Of a stretch of 64,000 nucleotides of DNA, positions 48,850-59,602 are shown one piece after another. A program made the position numbers and the translations under genes. Location of the stretch: positions 544,001-608,000 of the forward strand of contig CAXNJO010000001.1 of assembly GCA_964202905.1 (NCBI GenBank), given 5' to 3'. The notes beneath the pieces are model-generated. The model was given only the letters and a program-made list of their open reading frames with translations. It did not search any database and was not told the origin of the DNA. The DNA comes from Polyangiales bacterium (GTDB lineage Bacteria; Myxococcota_A; Polyangia; Polyangiales; JADJQN01). The stretch's first letter is position 1; each line of letters opens with the position of its first letter.

Positions 48850-50067
48850 TTAGGGCGCCAACACGGTCTTGATCGCGCCGCTTTGGCCGCGGTGGAGGTT
48901 CATGCGGAGGGCGTCGCGGTATTGGTCGAGGGTGAGGCGGTGGGTGACGAGGCGCTCGAGGGGGAGGCGGGTGCCGGTGAGGAGTTCGCGGGTGATGGCG
49001 AAGGTGCGCGCGCGGGATTCGCGCCAGGTCTCGAATCCGTAGCTGTAGGTGCCGACGAGCGAGACCTCTTTGGTCCAGAGGTGGGAGAGTTCGACGTCGC
49101 GCAGGACGCCTGCGGCGCCGACCATCACGATCGTGCCGCCGGCGCGGACGAGGGAGAAGGCGTCGGCGACGCTGTCGCGCGAACCCACGCAATCGAAGAC
49201 GCGGTCGAAGCCGCCGGCGAGGAAGCCGGGTCCGAGCTCGGGTTGGAGGACGGTGGCGCGGGTGTGGCGCGCGGCGCGGGGGAGGAGCGGCTCGTCGGCG
49301 AGGACCCAGGCGCGCTCGGCGCCGAGGGTGGTGGCGACCTCGGCCTGGCCGCGCTCGATGGTGACGAGGGTGACGTCGGTGTCGGGCGCGAGCTCTTCGA
49401 GGGCGAAGACGAGCGTGAAGGCGATGGGGCCGCCGCCGATCACGAGCACGCGCTCGCCGCGTCGGGGGGCGTTGCGCAACACGGCGTGGACGGCCACGGA
49501 GACGGGCTCGGCGAGCACGCCGCGTGCGTCGCTGACGGAGTCCGACAGCGTGAAACACTGGGATTCGTGGGCGACGAGTTCGTCGCAGAAGCCACCCGGC
49601 AATTCGGCGCAGGCGCCGAGCATCACGCCCTTGCGCGGGCCGGTGCCGGCGCGCTCGCAGGTGGCGTATTCGTCGACGGCGCAGCGCGCGCAGTCGGGCA
49701 CGCCGCGGAGCGCGCAGCGCAGCCACGGATCGACGACGACGCGATCGCCCTCGCGCACGCCGCGCACACCGCGACCGACGCCGATCACGCGCGCGAGCAG
49801 CTCGTGGCCCATCACGAAGCGCTTGGGGCCATAGGCGCTCAGCGCGGCGGACATCTTGAAATAGACGACGGCGAGATCGCTGCCGCAGAGGCCGGTGAGG
49901 ATCGGGCGCAGGCGCACCCAGTCGTCGCCGGGGAGCGCGGGGGCGGGCTCGTCGTCGCGGAGCGAGAGACACGAGGGCGCGCCGTCGAAAAGGGCCGGAA
50001 AACGCTTGCCCGCGGCCTTCGCGGCGAGGTAGCGCGGAATCGAGAGATCGAAGACGAGGGCGCGCAT
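48850..50067 (-). CDS. Zinc-dependent medium-chain alcohol dehydrogenase
   Basis: GLCGSD, MGHE, structural Zn cysteines (C..CARC..C) and GGGPIA. Confidence 0.92.
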   Translation of the reverse strand: MRALVFDLSIPRYLAAKAAGKRFPALFDGAPSCLSLRDDEPAPALPGDDWVRLRPILTGLCGSDLAVVYFKMSAALSAYGPKRFVMGHELLARVIGVGRGVRGVREGDRVVVDPWLRCALRGVPDCARCAVDEYATCERAGTGPRKGVMLGACAELPGGFCDELVAHESQCFTLSDSVSDARGVLAEPVSVAVHAVLRNAPRRGERVLVIGGGPIAFTLVFALEELAPDTDVTLVTIERGQAEVATTLGAERAWVLADEPLLPRAARHTRATVLQPELGPGFLAGGFDRVFDCVGSRDSVADAFSLVRAGGTIVMVGAAGVLRDVELSHLWTKEVSLVGTYSYGFETWRESRARTFAITRELLTGTRLPLERLVTHRLTLDQYRDALRMNLHRGQSGAIKTVLAP

Positions 50068-50079
50068 CGAGAATGGGAT

Positions 50080-50520
50080 TCAGCGAGAGAGCGCGCGGCG
50101 AGAGAGGGATTCGTAGCCGTGGTCGGGGGGCGCCGTCGTCGAGGCGGGCAGGCCCTTCGGGCCCCAGCCGAGCTCGGAGATGCGGCCGAACGGATCCGTT
50201 TGACCCGCCCAGCCGGCGCGCTGATCCACGAGATTCGAATATCCACGCTGCGCGAGGAGCTCGGCCGCGCGGAGGCTGCGCCCGCCCGCCTTGCAGCCGA
50301 GGACGAGCTTGGTGTCTTTGGGAAACGCGTGCTCGACGACGGTGGCGAAATCGGTATTGGGCTGCATGCCGGCGGGCGTCATGTGCAGCAGCGGGATGTT
50401 GAACGCGCCCTCGGGGTGGCCGTCTTCGAACTCGGGAATCGAGCGCACATCGAGGTACGAATACCCCTCTTCGCGGAGCAGGCGGAGGGCCTCTTCGGGG
50501 TCGACACGGCGGATGGTCAT
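50080..50520 (-). CDS. Rhodanese-like domain protein
   Basis: YLDVRSIPEFEDGHPEGAFNIP and CKAGGRS. Confidence 0.9.
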   Translation of the reverse strand: MTIRRVDPEEALRLLREEGYSYLDVRSIPEFEDGHPEGAFNIPLLHMTPAGMQPNTDFATVVEHAFPKDTKLVLGCKAGGRSLRAAELLAQRGYSNLVDQRAGWAGQTDPFGRISELGWGPKGLPASTTAPPDHGYESLSRRALSR

Positions 50521-50597
50521 GCGCCGTGATCTATCACGCGCATCGGGCGGGGTTCACCTCGCGTGCGTTCACGGCACGCGTGGGATGCGCGAGGCGC

Positions 50598-51562
50598 TCA
50601 GTCGCCGCCCTTGACGCCTTTGCGGACGAAGAGCTCTTCGAGCGTGTCGCGGTGGGGCGTGACGCCGAGCACCTTCGCGCCGGCGTCGAGCGCGCGGCGC
50701 AGGACCTCGGGTACGGCCTCGTCGCCCTCGACGACGACGCGCGTCGCGCCCTTGCCGCGCCGCACCTCGAGCGCGAGCGCGCGCAGCCCCTCGCAGAGCG
50801 CGTCGTCGGCGCCATCGAGCTCGATCTCGACGCGGCGCACCTCGCTGCGCAAGAGCGACGAGAGCGGGCCGCTCGCGACGACCGTGCCGCGCTGCACGAT
50901 GGCGACGTGGTCGCAGAGCAGCTCCACGTCCGCGAGGATGTGGCTGGTGAGCACGAGCGTCTTGCCGCGGGCGCGCTCTTCGACGAGCAGGTCGCGGATC
51001 TCCTTGCGGCCGATCGGGTCGAGGCCGCTCATGGGCTCATCGAGGATCAGCAGATCTGGGTCACCGAGCAGCGCCTGCGCGAGGCCGATGCGCTGCGTCA
51101 TCCCCTTGGAAAACTTGCCGATCGGGCGATCGATGGCGTGGGAGAGCCCGACGCGCGCGATCATCGCGTGGCTCTTCTCTTCGCGCTCGCGGCGGGGGAG
51201 GCTGATGAGCCGACCGCAGAGATCGAGGAACTCGAGCGGCTTCAGGTACTGATAGACGTAGGGATTCTCCGGCATGTAGCCGAGGCGCGTGCGCGCGGAC
51301 GGATCGGTGACGGGCTTGCCGAAGAGCGTCGCCTCGCCGCGCGTCGGGAAGATGAGGCCGAGCACCGATTTGAGCGTGGTGGTTTTGCCCGCGCCGTTCG
51401 GGCCGAGCAGGCCGAAGACCTCGCCCTGACGCACCGTGAACGAGACGCCGCGCAGCGCCTCGACCTTCTTGCGGAAGAAGCCGAGGCGGAAGGTCTTGTG
51501 CAGATCCTTCACCTCGAGCACCACCGGCGCCCCTGGTTGCCGCGACCTCCGGTCGCGCTCAT
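50598..51562 (-). CDS. ABC transporter ATP-binding protein (probable indel near 51530)
   Basis: GPNGAGKTT, FSKGMTQR and ILDEPMSGLDP. The coupled ATG at 51562 is out of frame by one base at a G4 run; in-frame GTG at 51524. Confidence 0.88.
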
Positions 51563-52664
51563 CCGAGCACCTCCGCCAGCGCCGCGCCGATCCCCGCGGC
51601 GGCGCGCGCGACCGTCGTCGTCGTCCATGTCGTGCCAGAGCGGCAGGGCCACGCCGCGGTCGACGATCATGCTGGCAATGGGGCAGCCCGCATCGCCGCG
51701 CGGGGCGAAGCGCGCGAGCGGCGGCAGGCGGTGGAGCGCGTAGGAGAGGCGCCCGATCTCGATCTCGCGCGCGCGGCACGCGGCGACGAGCGCGTCGCGC
51801 TGCGCGGGTGACGTGCCTGCGGGCAGCAGCGCGCCGAGCGTCTGCTCGTTGCCGCGTGCGCCTGCGGGCCAGGCCTGGAAGGTGAGCCGCGGGAGGGCTG
51901 TGCGGAGCTGCGCGGCGATGCGGCGGCGCGCGTCGAGCATCGCGTCGAGGCGCGCGAGCTGCACGCCACCGATGGCGGCGGCGACCTCGGAGAGGCGCGC
52001 GTTGGGGCCGGCGGCGGCGAACTCGCCGGGCGTGCGCTGCCCGTGGTTGCGCGCGATGCGGAGCGTGTCGGCGAGCGCGTCGTCGTCGGTGACGATCATG
52101 CCGCCTTCGCCCGTGGTGACGACCTTGCGCGGGTGGAAGGAGAGCGTGGCGATCGCGCTCGGCGCGGCGCCGCAGGGCGTGCCGTCGCCGCGGAAGGCGC
52201 CGATCGCGCAGGCGGCATCTTCCAAGATGGTGATGCCCGGGAGCGCGGCGGCGATCTCCGCGAGGCGCGCGGGCGCGCCGAACTGATCGATGGCGATGGC
52301 GACCTTCGTGCGCGGGCGTGCGCGCGGCGGCGAAGGCGGCGGGCGAGGTGTTCCACTCGGCCGCATCGACGTCGACGAGGATGGGTGTCGCGCCGGCGCG
52401 GACGACGGCGTGCGCGGGTGAGGGCCAGGTGAGGTCGGGCACGAGCACGTCGTCGCCCGGCCCGACGCCGAGCGCGGCGAGCGCGAGCTCGAGCGCCGTC
52501 GTGCCGTTCGCGACGGCGATGGCGTGCGTGCGGCCCGTGCGCGCGGCGACGGCGGCTTCGAACGCCGCGACCTCCGCGCCCTGCACGAGCATCCCGGAGC
52601 GCAGCACGCGTGCGGCCGCCTCCACCTCTGCATCCCCGAGCCCGGGCACCGCCAGTCGGATCAC
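51559..52664 (-). CDS. DegT/DnrJ/EryC1/StrS aminotransferase with two apparent frameshifts (~52315, ~51620)
   Basis: NGTTALELAL in one frame; LEDAACAIG and SFHPRKVVTTGEGG in the next; terminal AALAEVLG* in a third. Confidence 0.85.
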
Positions 52665-52723
52665 GGGCGTGAAGGTAGCATCGCCGCGCGCCTGCGAAGC
52701 CGCTCCTGTCGTAGCCTCGCCGG

Positions 52724-52981
52724 GTGGACGACGCGCGCTTGATCGTGGCCCTCGAAGACGCGCTCGCGCGGCTCGAGGTCGAGGTGCGCGTCGAGTCGTT
52801 CGCGGACGACGCGCGCCGGCCAGGCGGGCTCGTGCGCCTGCGTGGCGCGCACGTCGTGCTCGTGGGCGCGCACGCGTCGGCGACCGAGCGCGTGGACGTC
52901 CTCGCGAAGGCGCTGCGCGCGCTCGACACGTCGGCGCTCTACCTGCCGCCCGCCGTGCGCGCCCGCATCGACCGGGCGTGA
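52724..52981 (+). CDS. Small hypothetical protein
   Basis: 85 aa (GGLVRLRG...ERVDVLAKAL...LYLPPAVR); GTGA overlap with the next gene. Confidence 0.7.
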   Translation: MDDARLIVALEDALARLEVEVRVESFADDARRPGGLVRLRGAHVVLVGAHASATERVDVLAKALRALDTSALYLPPAVRARIDRA

Positions 52982-55900
52982 GCGACGGCGCGCTGCGGCT
53001 CGTGATAACGTCGACCCGCTTGTCGGAGCAGGAACCGCCGCCGCAGTCGCTCGGGCGCTACCGCGTCATCCGCCGCCTCGGCGCGGGTGGCATGGCGGAG
53101 GTCTTTCTCGCGCGGCAGATGGGCGCCGAGGGCATCGAGAAGGTGCTCGTCGTCAAGCGCGTGCTGCCGAGCTTCGCGCGGTCGGCGAAGTTCCGCGCGA
53201 TGTTCGTGGACGAGGCCAAGGTCGCGCTGCGCCTCAATCACCCGAACATCGTGCAGGTGTACGCGTTCGAGCAGGTGCGCGACGAGTTCCTCCTCGCGAT
53301 GGAGCACGTCGACGGGCTCGACCTCGGCCGCCTCGTCTCGGCCGCCCGCCGCGCCGGGCGCCGCATCCCGTACGGCCTCGCCGCGTACGTCACCGCCGAG
53401 CTCGCGAAGGGCCTCGACTACGCGCACAACCGCCGCGACGAGCACGGCCAGCCGCTCGAGATCGTGCACCGCGACGTGAGCCCGCAGAACCTGCTGCTCT
53501 CCTACGAGGGCGGCGTGAAGGTCGCGGACTTCGGCATCGCCCGCGCCCGCATGGTCAGCGAGGAGACGGGCGTCATCAAGGGCAAGTTCGCCTACATGTC
53601 GCCGGAGCAGGCGCGCGGGGCGAAGGTCGACCGCCGCAGCGACGTCTACTCGATCGGCGTCCTGCTCGCCGAGCTGCTCATGGGCCGCTCCATGTACCCG
53701 GGGCAGGCGGGGCTCGACGTGCTCGACCTCGTCCGCGACGGCAAGCGCACGCTGCCGCGCGAGGTGGAACCGGGGGTGCCCGAACCCTTGAACCGTATCG
53801 TTCGTGATGCGACCTCGCGCGATGTCGAGGAGCGTCCGCAGACGGCGCGGGCGCTCGCGTCGTCGCTGGGCGCCTACCTGCACGAGGAAGAGACCGTCTG
53901 GGACGGCGCGGCCCTCGAGCAGTTCATCGCGGAGGTCGCCCCGCGCGAGACGACCAGCCCCGATGGCCGCGTCGACGAGGCCGCCGCGCGCCCCGGCAAG
54001 ACGCGCATGACGGCGCTCACGGTGGCTGCGGGCGTCGGCGAGCGCGGCTTCGAGCGGGGCGGCGAGCGCGAGATCCGCGAGCGGCGGCACGTCGTCGTCA
54101 TCAGTGGTGTCGTTCGTGGTACACGCGGCGGGCTGGGCCCCGACGAGGCGGCGACGGCGCCGCTGCCGGTCGAGGGCGTCGACGTGCTCGACAAGATCGC
54201 GTTCCGGGCCGACGCCGTGCTGCGCTGGGCGGAGGGCGGCGACCGCCGGCGCTTTCACCTGCTGCTCGGGCTCGGCGGTGTGACGGTGCACGACGCGCTC
54301 AAGGGCGCGCGGCTCGCGCTCGACGTCGTCGAGGCCGTCGCCGCCCTCGGCGCCGACCTCGTTCGCCCGGTGCAGGTCTCGGTGGGCGTGTCGCGCGGCG
54401 TGATGGCGGTGGTGCGCTCGGGCGAGGGCCTGCTGCTCCGCTCGGAGCCCGTCGGCGCCGTGCTCGACATCGCCGATCGGCTCGCGCTCGCGGCCGGCAG
54501 CGCGGAGATCCTCGCGGCGGGTGAGATCTACCGAGCGGCGCGGCGCGACTTCGCCTTCGACCACGAGGCGCTCGACGTCTCCGTGGCGGGCGACGACGCG
54601 CATGGCCGCTCCGTGCGCGCGTACGCGCTGCTCGGCCAGCGCTCCCGCGAAGAGCGCGCCGCCGAGGCGAGCCTCCCGGGGGCGACGGGCATGCTGGTCG
54701 GCCGCGCGCGCGAGGTCGCGGCGGTCGTCGACGCGTATCAGGAAGCGCAGCAGACGCGTCGCTCCGTCGTGATGGCGATCGTCGGCGACCTCGGCGTCGG
54801 CAAGACCTCCCTCGCGGCGGCGGCCCTCGACTCGCTCCCGCCCGACACCGACGGGCGCGTGGCGCGCGTGCTCCGTGTCGAGTGCGCGTTCGGCGCGGGC
54901 GACGTCCCCTACGTCGCGATCACCGACATCCTGCGCGAGGCGTGCAGTATCGATCGCGATATCTCCGGCGAGGCGCTCTCCCAGGCGCTTCGCGCGGCGG
55001 TCGAGCGGCTGATCCCGGCGGGGGAGCGCGCGGGCGTGCTCGGCGCGATCGCGCCGCTGTTCGGGTCGGGGTCCGAGCACCGCGCGGAGGAGGGCGAGGA
55101 CCGCGCGCGGGCCATCGTGCGGGCAGTGCGCTTGCTGCTCGGCGCGCTCGGCGTGCAGGGGCCGCTGCTCGTGCACCTCGACGCGCTGCAGTGGATCGAC
55201 CAGCCGAGCCTCGAGCTGCTGCAGGCGCTCGTGCGCCGCAGCTACGAGATCCCGCTCTTCGTGCTGCTCGGCACGCGGCCCGACGCGCGCGTGGAGAAGG
55301 CGCTCCGCGGCGTGCCGCGGCTCGAGCTCGGCGAGCTCGACGTCGAGGGGCGCACGGCGCTCGTGCACGCGCGGTTCGTGGGGGCGCAGGTCCCCGTCGA
55401 CGTCGAGCAGGCCGTGATCGAGCGGGCGGGCGGCAACCCGTTCTTCGTGATCGAGCTCGTCGATGCCTTGTTCGAGCGTGGGATCGTCTCGATCGAGGGC
55501 GAGGGCGAGGCGCGGCGGGTGGTGCGCAAGCCCGGGCCCATCGCGCTGCCGACGACGCTCGAGGGCGCGATCGCCGCGCGCCTCGTCGAGCTCCCGCCCC
55601 CCGAGCGACAGGCCATCCGCTGGCTGGCAGCCGCGGGCGCGGGGCTGCGCGGCAGTGACCTCGCCGCGATCGCCGCCAAGGACCTGCAGCCCGCGCTCGA
55701 CGGCCTCGAGGCGCGCGGGCTGATCGAGCGGCGCGCGGAGTTCTACGTCTTCCCGAGCGCGGTCGTGCGCCACGTCGCCTACGACTCGACCGACCCGGAG
55801 GACCGCCGCCGCATGCACCGCCGCATCGGCGCGCACCTCGCCACCATGGGGGGCGTCCCGCCCGTGCGCATCGCGCGGCACCTCGAGCGCGCAGGCGACC

Positions 55901-57288
55901 CCGGCGGCGCGGCCGAGGCCTACCTGAACGCCGGCGCCGCGGCGCTCGACGCCTTCAGCACCCGCGACGCGCTGCGCCTCTACGGCAAGGCGCTGCTGCT
56001 GCTTCCGCCCGACGCGCCCGCGCGTTTCGTCGCGCACGAGGCCCGCGAGCAGATCCTCCGAGGCGCCGGCCGCCGCACCGAGCGACGTATCGAACTCGAG
56101 TCCATGCGCGCGATCGCGGATCGCTCGGGCGATCCGCACCTGCGCGGCACCGCCTTCAACCGCGTCGCCCGCTACGAGCTCGAGGAGGGGCGCACGGCGG
56201 GGGTCGAGGCGCTGCTGCGGCGCGCGCTCGACGCCGCGATCGACAGCGCCGACCAGGCCGCGGAGGTCGAGGCGCTGCGCCTCTCCGCGCAGCTCGCGAG
56301 CGACGCCGGCGACGTCGCGAAGGCCCTCGACGCGTGCGACCGCGCGCTGCTGCGCTCGGGCAGCGACACCGCGCAGCTCGCGGTGCGCGGCGACGTGCTC
56401 GTGATGCGCGGCATGCTCCTGCGGCGGCTCGGTCGCACCGACGAGGGGCTCGAGGCCATCGCGGAGGCCATCGTCATCTTCCGGCGCATCGAGGACAAGC
56501 GCGAGGAGGCGAACGCGCTCAACGCGCTCGCCGTGACGCTGCTCTCCGACGGCGCCTACGAGGACGCCATCGCGCTGCTGCGCGCCTCGATCGCGCTCGA
56601 TCGCTCGATCGGCGACGTCTTCCACCTCGGCAAGAAGCTCTCGAACGTCGGGCAACTCTATGCGGAGCTCGGGGACACCGAGAGCGCGCTCGCCTTCCTG
56701 CGGCGCGCTGATGACGTCTTCGAGGCCCTCGACGACAAGACGCACCGCGCCGACGCGCTCGTCGGGCTCGCGCACGTGCTGCTCGAGCACAGCCGCGACG
56801 CAGGCGCCGCGGAGAAGGCGCTCGACCGCGCCCGGCAGCTCGCGGAGCGCGCCGGCGACCGCTACGACCTCGCGCAGGAGCGCCTCGCGCGCGTGGGCGT
56901 CGAGCTCGCGCGGCAGCGGCTCGAGGGGGCGCTGCGGCACGCGGACGAGGCGGTGAGCGAGTCGCGGGCGGCTGGTGTCGTCGGCTTCGAGCTGCAGGCC
57001 CTCGCGCTGCAGGCGCACACCTTCGCGCTCGCCGGGAAGGTGACCGAGGCGCGCACCACGGTGCTCGCCGTGCGCGCCGGCCTCGCGCGGACGGGCGCGG
57101 TCGAGCGCCTCGAGCGCATCCACTACTGGCTCTCGCTGGCGTCGCGACTCATCGGCGATCACGCGGCGGCCGACGCCGCGCTGGCCGAATCGCGCGCCCT
57201 CGTGGACGTCCGGCTTGGTCGCATTCGTGATACGCGTTTGCGCGCGTGCTACCTCGAGAACCCCATCGTGCAGGCCATCCGCGCATGA
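52978..57288 (+). CDS. Ser/Thr kinase - degenerate cyclase-like - P-loop ATPase (STAND-like) - TPR multidomain protein
   Basis: GAGGMAEV, HRDVSPQN, DFGIA; ERRHVVV cyclase-like region; LVGR, Walker A GDLGVGKT, Walker B LDALQWID, GGNPFF; TPR array. Confidence 0.9.
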   Translation: MSDGALRLVITSTRLSEQEPPPQSLGRYRVIRRLGAGGMAEVFLARQMGAEGIEKVLVVKRVLPSFARSAKFRAMFVDEAKVALRLNHPNIVQVYAFEQVRDEFLLAMEHVDGLDLGRLVSAARRAGRRIPYGLAAYVTAELAKGLDYAHNRRDEHGQPLEIVHRDVSPQNLLLSYEGGVKVADFGIARARMVSEETGVIKGKFAYMSPEQARGAKVDRRSDVYSIGVLLAELLMGRSMYPGQAGLDVLDLVRDGKRTLPREVEPGVPEPLNRIVRDATSRDVEERPQTARALASSLGAYLHEEETVWDGAALEQFIAEVAPRETTSPDGRVDEAAARPGKTRMTALTVAAGVGERGFERGGEREIRERRHVVVISGVVRGTRGGLGPDEAATAPLPVEGVDVLDKIAFRADAVLRWAEGGDRRRFHLLLGLGGVTVHDALKGARLALDVVEAVAALGADLVRPVQVSVGVSRGVMAVVRSGEGLLLRSEPVGAVLDIADRLALAAGSAEILAAGEIYRAARRDFAFDHEALDVSVAGDDAHGRSVRAYALLGQRSREERAAEASLPGATGMLVGRAREVAAVVDAYQEAQQTRRSVVMAIVGDLGVGKTSLAAAALDSLPPDTDGRVARVLRVECAFGAGDVPYVAITDILREACSIDRDISGEALSQALRAAVERLIPAGERAGVLGAIAPLFGSGSEHRAEEGEDRARAIVRAVRLLLGALGVQGPLLVHLDALQWIDQPSLELLQALVRRSYEIPLFVLLGTRPDARVEKALRGVPRLELGELDVEGRTALVHARFVGAQVPVDVEQAVIERAGGNPFFVIELVDALFERGIVSIEGEGEARRVVRKPGPIALPTTLEGAIAARLVELPPPERQAIRWLAAAGAGLRGSDLAAIAAKDLQPALDGLEARGLIERRAEFYVFPSAVVRHVAYDSTDPEDRRRMHRRIGAHLATMGGVPPVRIARHLERAGDPGGAAEAYLNAGAAALDAFSTRDALRLYGKALLLLPPDAPARFVAHEAREQILRGAGRRTERRIELESMRAIADRSGDPHLRGTAFNRVARYELEEGRTAGVEALLRRALDAAIDSADQAAEVEALRLSAQLASDAGDVAKALDACDRALLRSGSDTAQLAVRGDVLVMRGMLLRRLGRTDEGLEAIAEAIVIFRRIEDKREEANALNALAVTLLSDGAYEDAIALLRASIALDRSIGDVFHLGKKLSNVGQLYAELGDTESALAFLRRADDVFEALDDKTHRADALVGLAHVLLEHSRDAGAAEKALDRARQLAERAGDRYDLAQERLARVGVELARQRLEGALRHADEAVSESRAAGVVGFELQALALQAHTFALAGKVTEARTTVLAVRAGLARTGAVERLERIHYWLSLASRLIGDHAAADAALAESRALVDVRLGRIRDTRLRACYLENPIVQAIRA

Positions 57289-58526
57289 ACGGACCCCTCC
57301 CCCCGCTCCGTCGTCCCTCGTCGCGCCCCGCCCCACGTCCGGCCTCCCCCTCTCCGCTCGGCGTCGTGCTCTCCGGCGGCGGCGCGCGCGGCGCCTACGA
57401 GGCGGGCGTCCTCAGCTACGTGTTCGGCGAGCTCCCTGCGTCGCTCGGCCGCAAGCCCACCATCGACTACGTCTGCGGGACGAGCGTCGGCGCGGTGAAC
57501 GGCGCGTTCCTCGCGTCCGTCGCGGACGATCCGGTCACCGGGGTCGAGCGTCTCGGGGCGTTGTGGTCGGAGATCCAGCTCGGCGACGTGCTCGACTTCG
57601 GCGTGCGGCAGGCCTCGCGCCTCTACCGCCTCCTCACCGGCAGCGAGAAGGGCGAGACGGTCGGCTTCTTCGACGCGCGTCCGCTCGCGGCGCTCGTCCA
57701 GCGCGAGGTCCGCTGGCGCCGCCTCGCGCACAACCTGCGCGCCGGTCGCCTGCAGGCGCTGACGCTCACGACGACGCACGTCGCGACCGGCCGACCGACG
57801 CTCTGGGTCGACGGCGCACCGGGCCTCGCGATGCCCACGCGCCTGCCGCGCAACGTCGAGGTGCGGCCCGGGCGGGTGCGTGTGGAGCACGTGCTCGCGT
57901 CCGCCGCGATCCCGATCCTCTTCCCGCCCGTGGCGATCGGCCTCGACCTGCACTGCGACGGGGGCCTGCGGCTCAACACGCCGATCGCGCCGGCCGTGCA
58001 CCTCGGCGCCGAGCGCCTGCTCGTGATCGGCATGTCGTCGGCGATCGGCGCGGAGACGCCCTCGCTCGCCCCGGGTCAGGCGCCGGGTGCCGCCTTCCTG
58101 CTCGGGAAGGTGCTCAACGCCTTCCTGCTCGACCACGTCACGACGGATCTCGAGGAGCTCGCGCGCCTCAACGCGCTCATCGACGCGGGCGAGCGGGCCT
58201 TCGGCTCGGACTTCATGACGCGCATCAACGGTGAGCTGCTCGCGAACGGCGAGCAGCCGCGCAAGCGCCTCCGCGCCCTCGCGATCCGGCCGAGCCTCGA
58301 CCTCGGACGCCTCGCCGGCGAGCACATGCGCGAGGACCGCGGCCGCGTGCGCCGCGAGCTCGGGACGACGCTGCTGCGATTGCTCGACATCGGTGAGGGC
58401 GCCGACGCCGACTTCGCGAGCTACCTGCTCTTCGATGGCGCCTACGCGGCGCGACTCGTCGAGCTCGGACGCCGGGATGCGGCTGCGCGGCGGGACGAGA
58501 TCGCGGAGTTCCTCTTCGGCGCGTGA
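57285..58526 (+). CDS. Patatin-like phospholipase
   Basis: LSGGGARGAY, GTSVG, LASAAIP and DGG; ATGA overlap with the upstream kinase gene. Confidence 0.93.
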   Translation: MNGPLPPLRRPSSRPAPRPASPSPLGVVLSGGGARGAYEAGVLSYVFGELPASLGRKPTIDYVCGTSVGAVNGAFLASVADDPVTGVERLGALWSEIQLGDVLDFGVRQASRLYRLLTGSEKGETVGFFDARPLAALVQREVRWRRLAHNLRAGRLQALTLTTTHVATGRPTLWVDGAPGLAMPTRLPRNVEVRPGRVRVEHVLASAAIPILFPPVAIGLDLHCDGGLRLNTPIAPAVHLGAERLLVIGMSSAIGAETPSLAPGQAPGAAFLLGKVLNAFLLDHVTTDLEELARLNALIDAGERAFGSDFMTRINGELLANGEQPRKRLRALAIRPSLDLGRLAGEHMREDRGRVRRELGTTLLRLLDIGEGADADFASYLLFDGAYAARLVELGRRDAAARRDEIAEFLFGA

Positions 58527-58710
58527 GCGGGATGCGCGGCGGCGGGCCGTCCGTGACGGATGTGCATCGCGCGTGACGCGTCCATGGCTGGGGGGCCGTG
58601 GACAGCTTGTGGATGAATCTCGCCAACCCCATGAAAGGAGACGCGATTCGACACGGGTAGCGCCTGTGCTACTTTCCCCCGGCCGCGTATCTCGGGAGAC
58701 ACCTTGCGTC

Positions 58711-59457
58711 ATGGCGGACCCCCGAACAGCAGCGAAGCCTACCGATTTCCTCGACTTCTTGCGTCGCGCCATCTCCGCGCCAGACGACGCGACGCGGGCC
58801 CGCATCGCCGCCGAGGGGCTGGCGAAGCCCGATATCGATGCTGATACGCGATTCCTGCTGCTGCGGCAGCTCTATCTCGCGCGCCTCGGGGAGCGGCAGT
58901 ACCGCAAGGCGCTCGCGCTGGCCGAGGAGATGATCGCGATCGGCGGGTCGCTGCTCGATCTCGCGCATCACGACGCCTCACGCGTGCTCCAGGCGCTCGC
59001 GGATCTGCCCGGCGCGATCGCGGCGCAGCGCCTCGCCGTCGAGGCGGCGCCGACCGGGCGGCGATCGTTTCACGGCTGGTCCCTCGCGACGCTGCAGCAC
59101 TTCGCCGGGGATCTGGATGGCGCGCTCGCGTCGCTCTCGCAGGCGCTGCGCTGGGCGCGCCGGGACCGCCCGCTGCTGCGCGCGCACGCGGCGTACATCC
59201 AGCTCGAGGCGGGCCGCGCGGCGCCTGCGCTCGCGGGCACGGTCGCGTCGCTGCAGCGCGCGCGGTGTCGCGAGGGATACGGGCAGTTCCTGCTCGGGAT
59301 GCTCGCGTGGCACATGGGCGACGCGCCGCGGGCGACCGTGCACCTGCGCGCGTTCCTCGCGCGGAACGCCGACGCGGACGAGGCGAAGGCCGCGACGCTG
59401 CGCGAGGAGCTGCGGCGTGCGCGGCTGGCGCTCGCGAAGGCCGGCGGGCTCGACTGA
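58711..59457 (+). CDS. Helical repeat (TPR-like) hypothetical protein
   Basis: Ala/Leu helical repeats (AGDLDGALASLSQAL, GDAPRATVHLRAFL). Confidence 0.7.
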   Translation: MADPRTAAKPTDFLDFLRRAISAPDDATRARIAAEGLAKPDIDADTRFLLLRQLYLARLGERQYRKALALAEEMIAIGGSLLDLAHHDASRVLQALADLPGAIAAQRLAVEAAPTGRRSFHGWSLATLQHFAGDLDGALASLSQALRWARRDRPLLRAHAAYIQLEAGRAAPALAGTVASLQRARCREGYGQFLLGMLAWHMGDAPRATVHLRAFLARNADADEAKAATLREELRRARLALAKAGGLD

Positions 59458-59602
59458 GCCGCGCGCTCGTCGGTCCGTGTGCAGGGGCGCGGCGTTGAGC
59501 TTTCGCACGTCGCGCGGTGCGGTCGTGGACGGACGCGCGCGGTGTCCGGTAGAGTGCCCGCTCGCGCGCGGCCGAGTGGGCCCGGCGTCGAAGGAGCAAC
59601 TC

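Noticed and set aside
58597..58616. DnaA-box-like pair (cgtggacag, tgtggatga)
   Set aside because: Only two imperfect boxes, with no AT-rich unwinding element and no dnaA/dnaN context.
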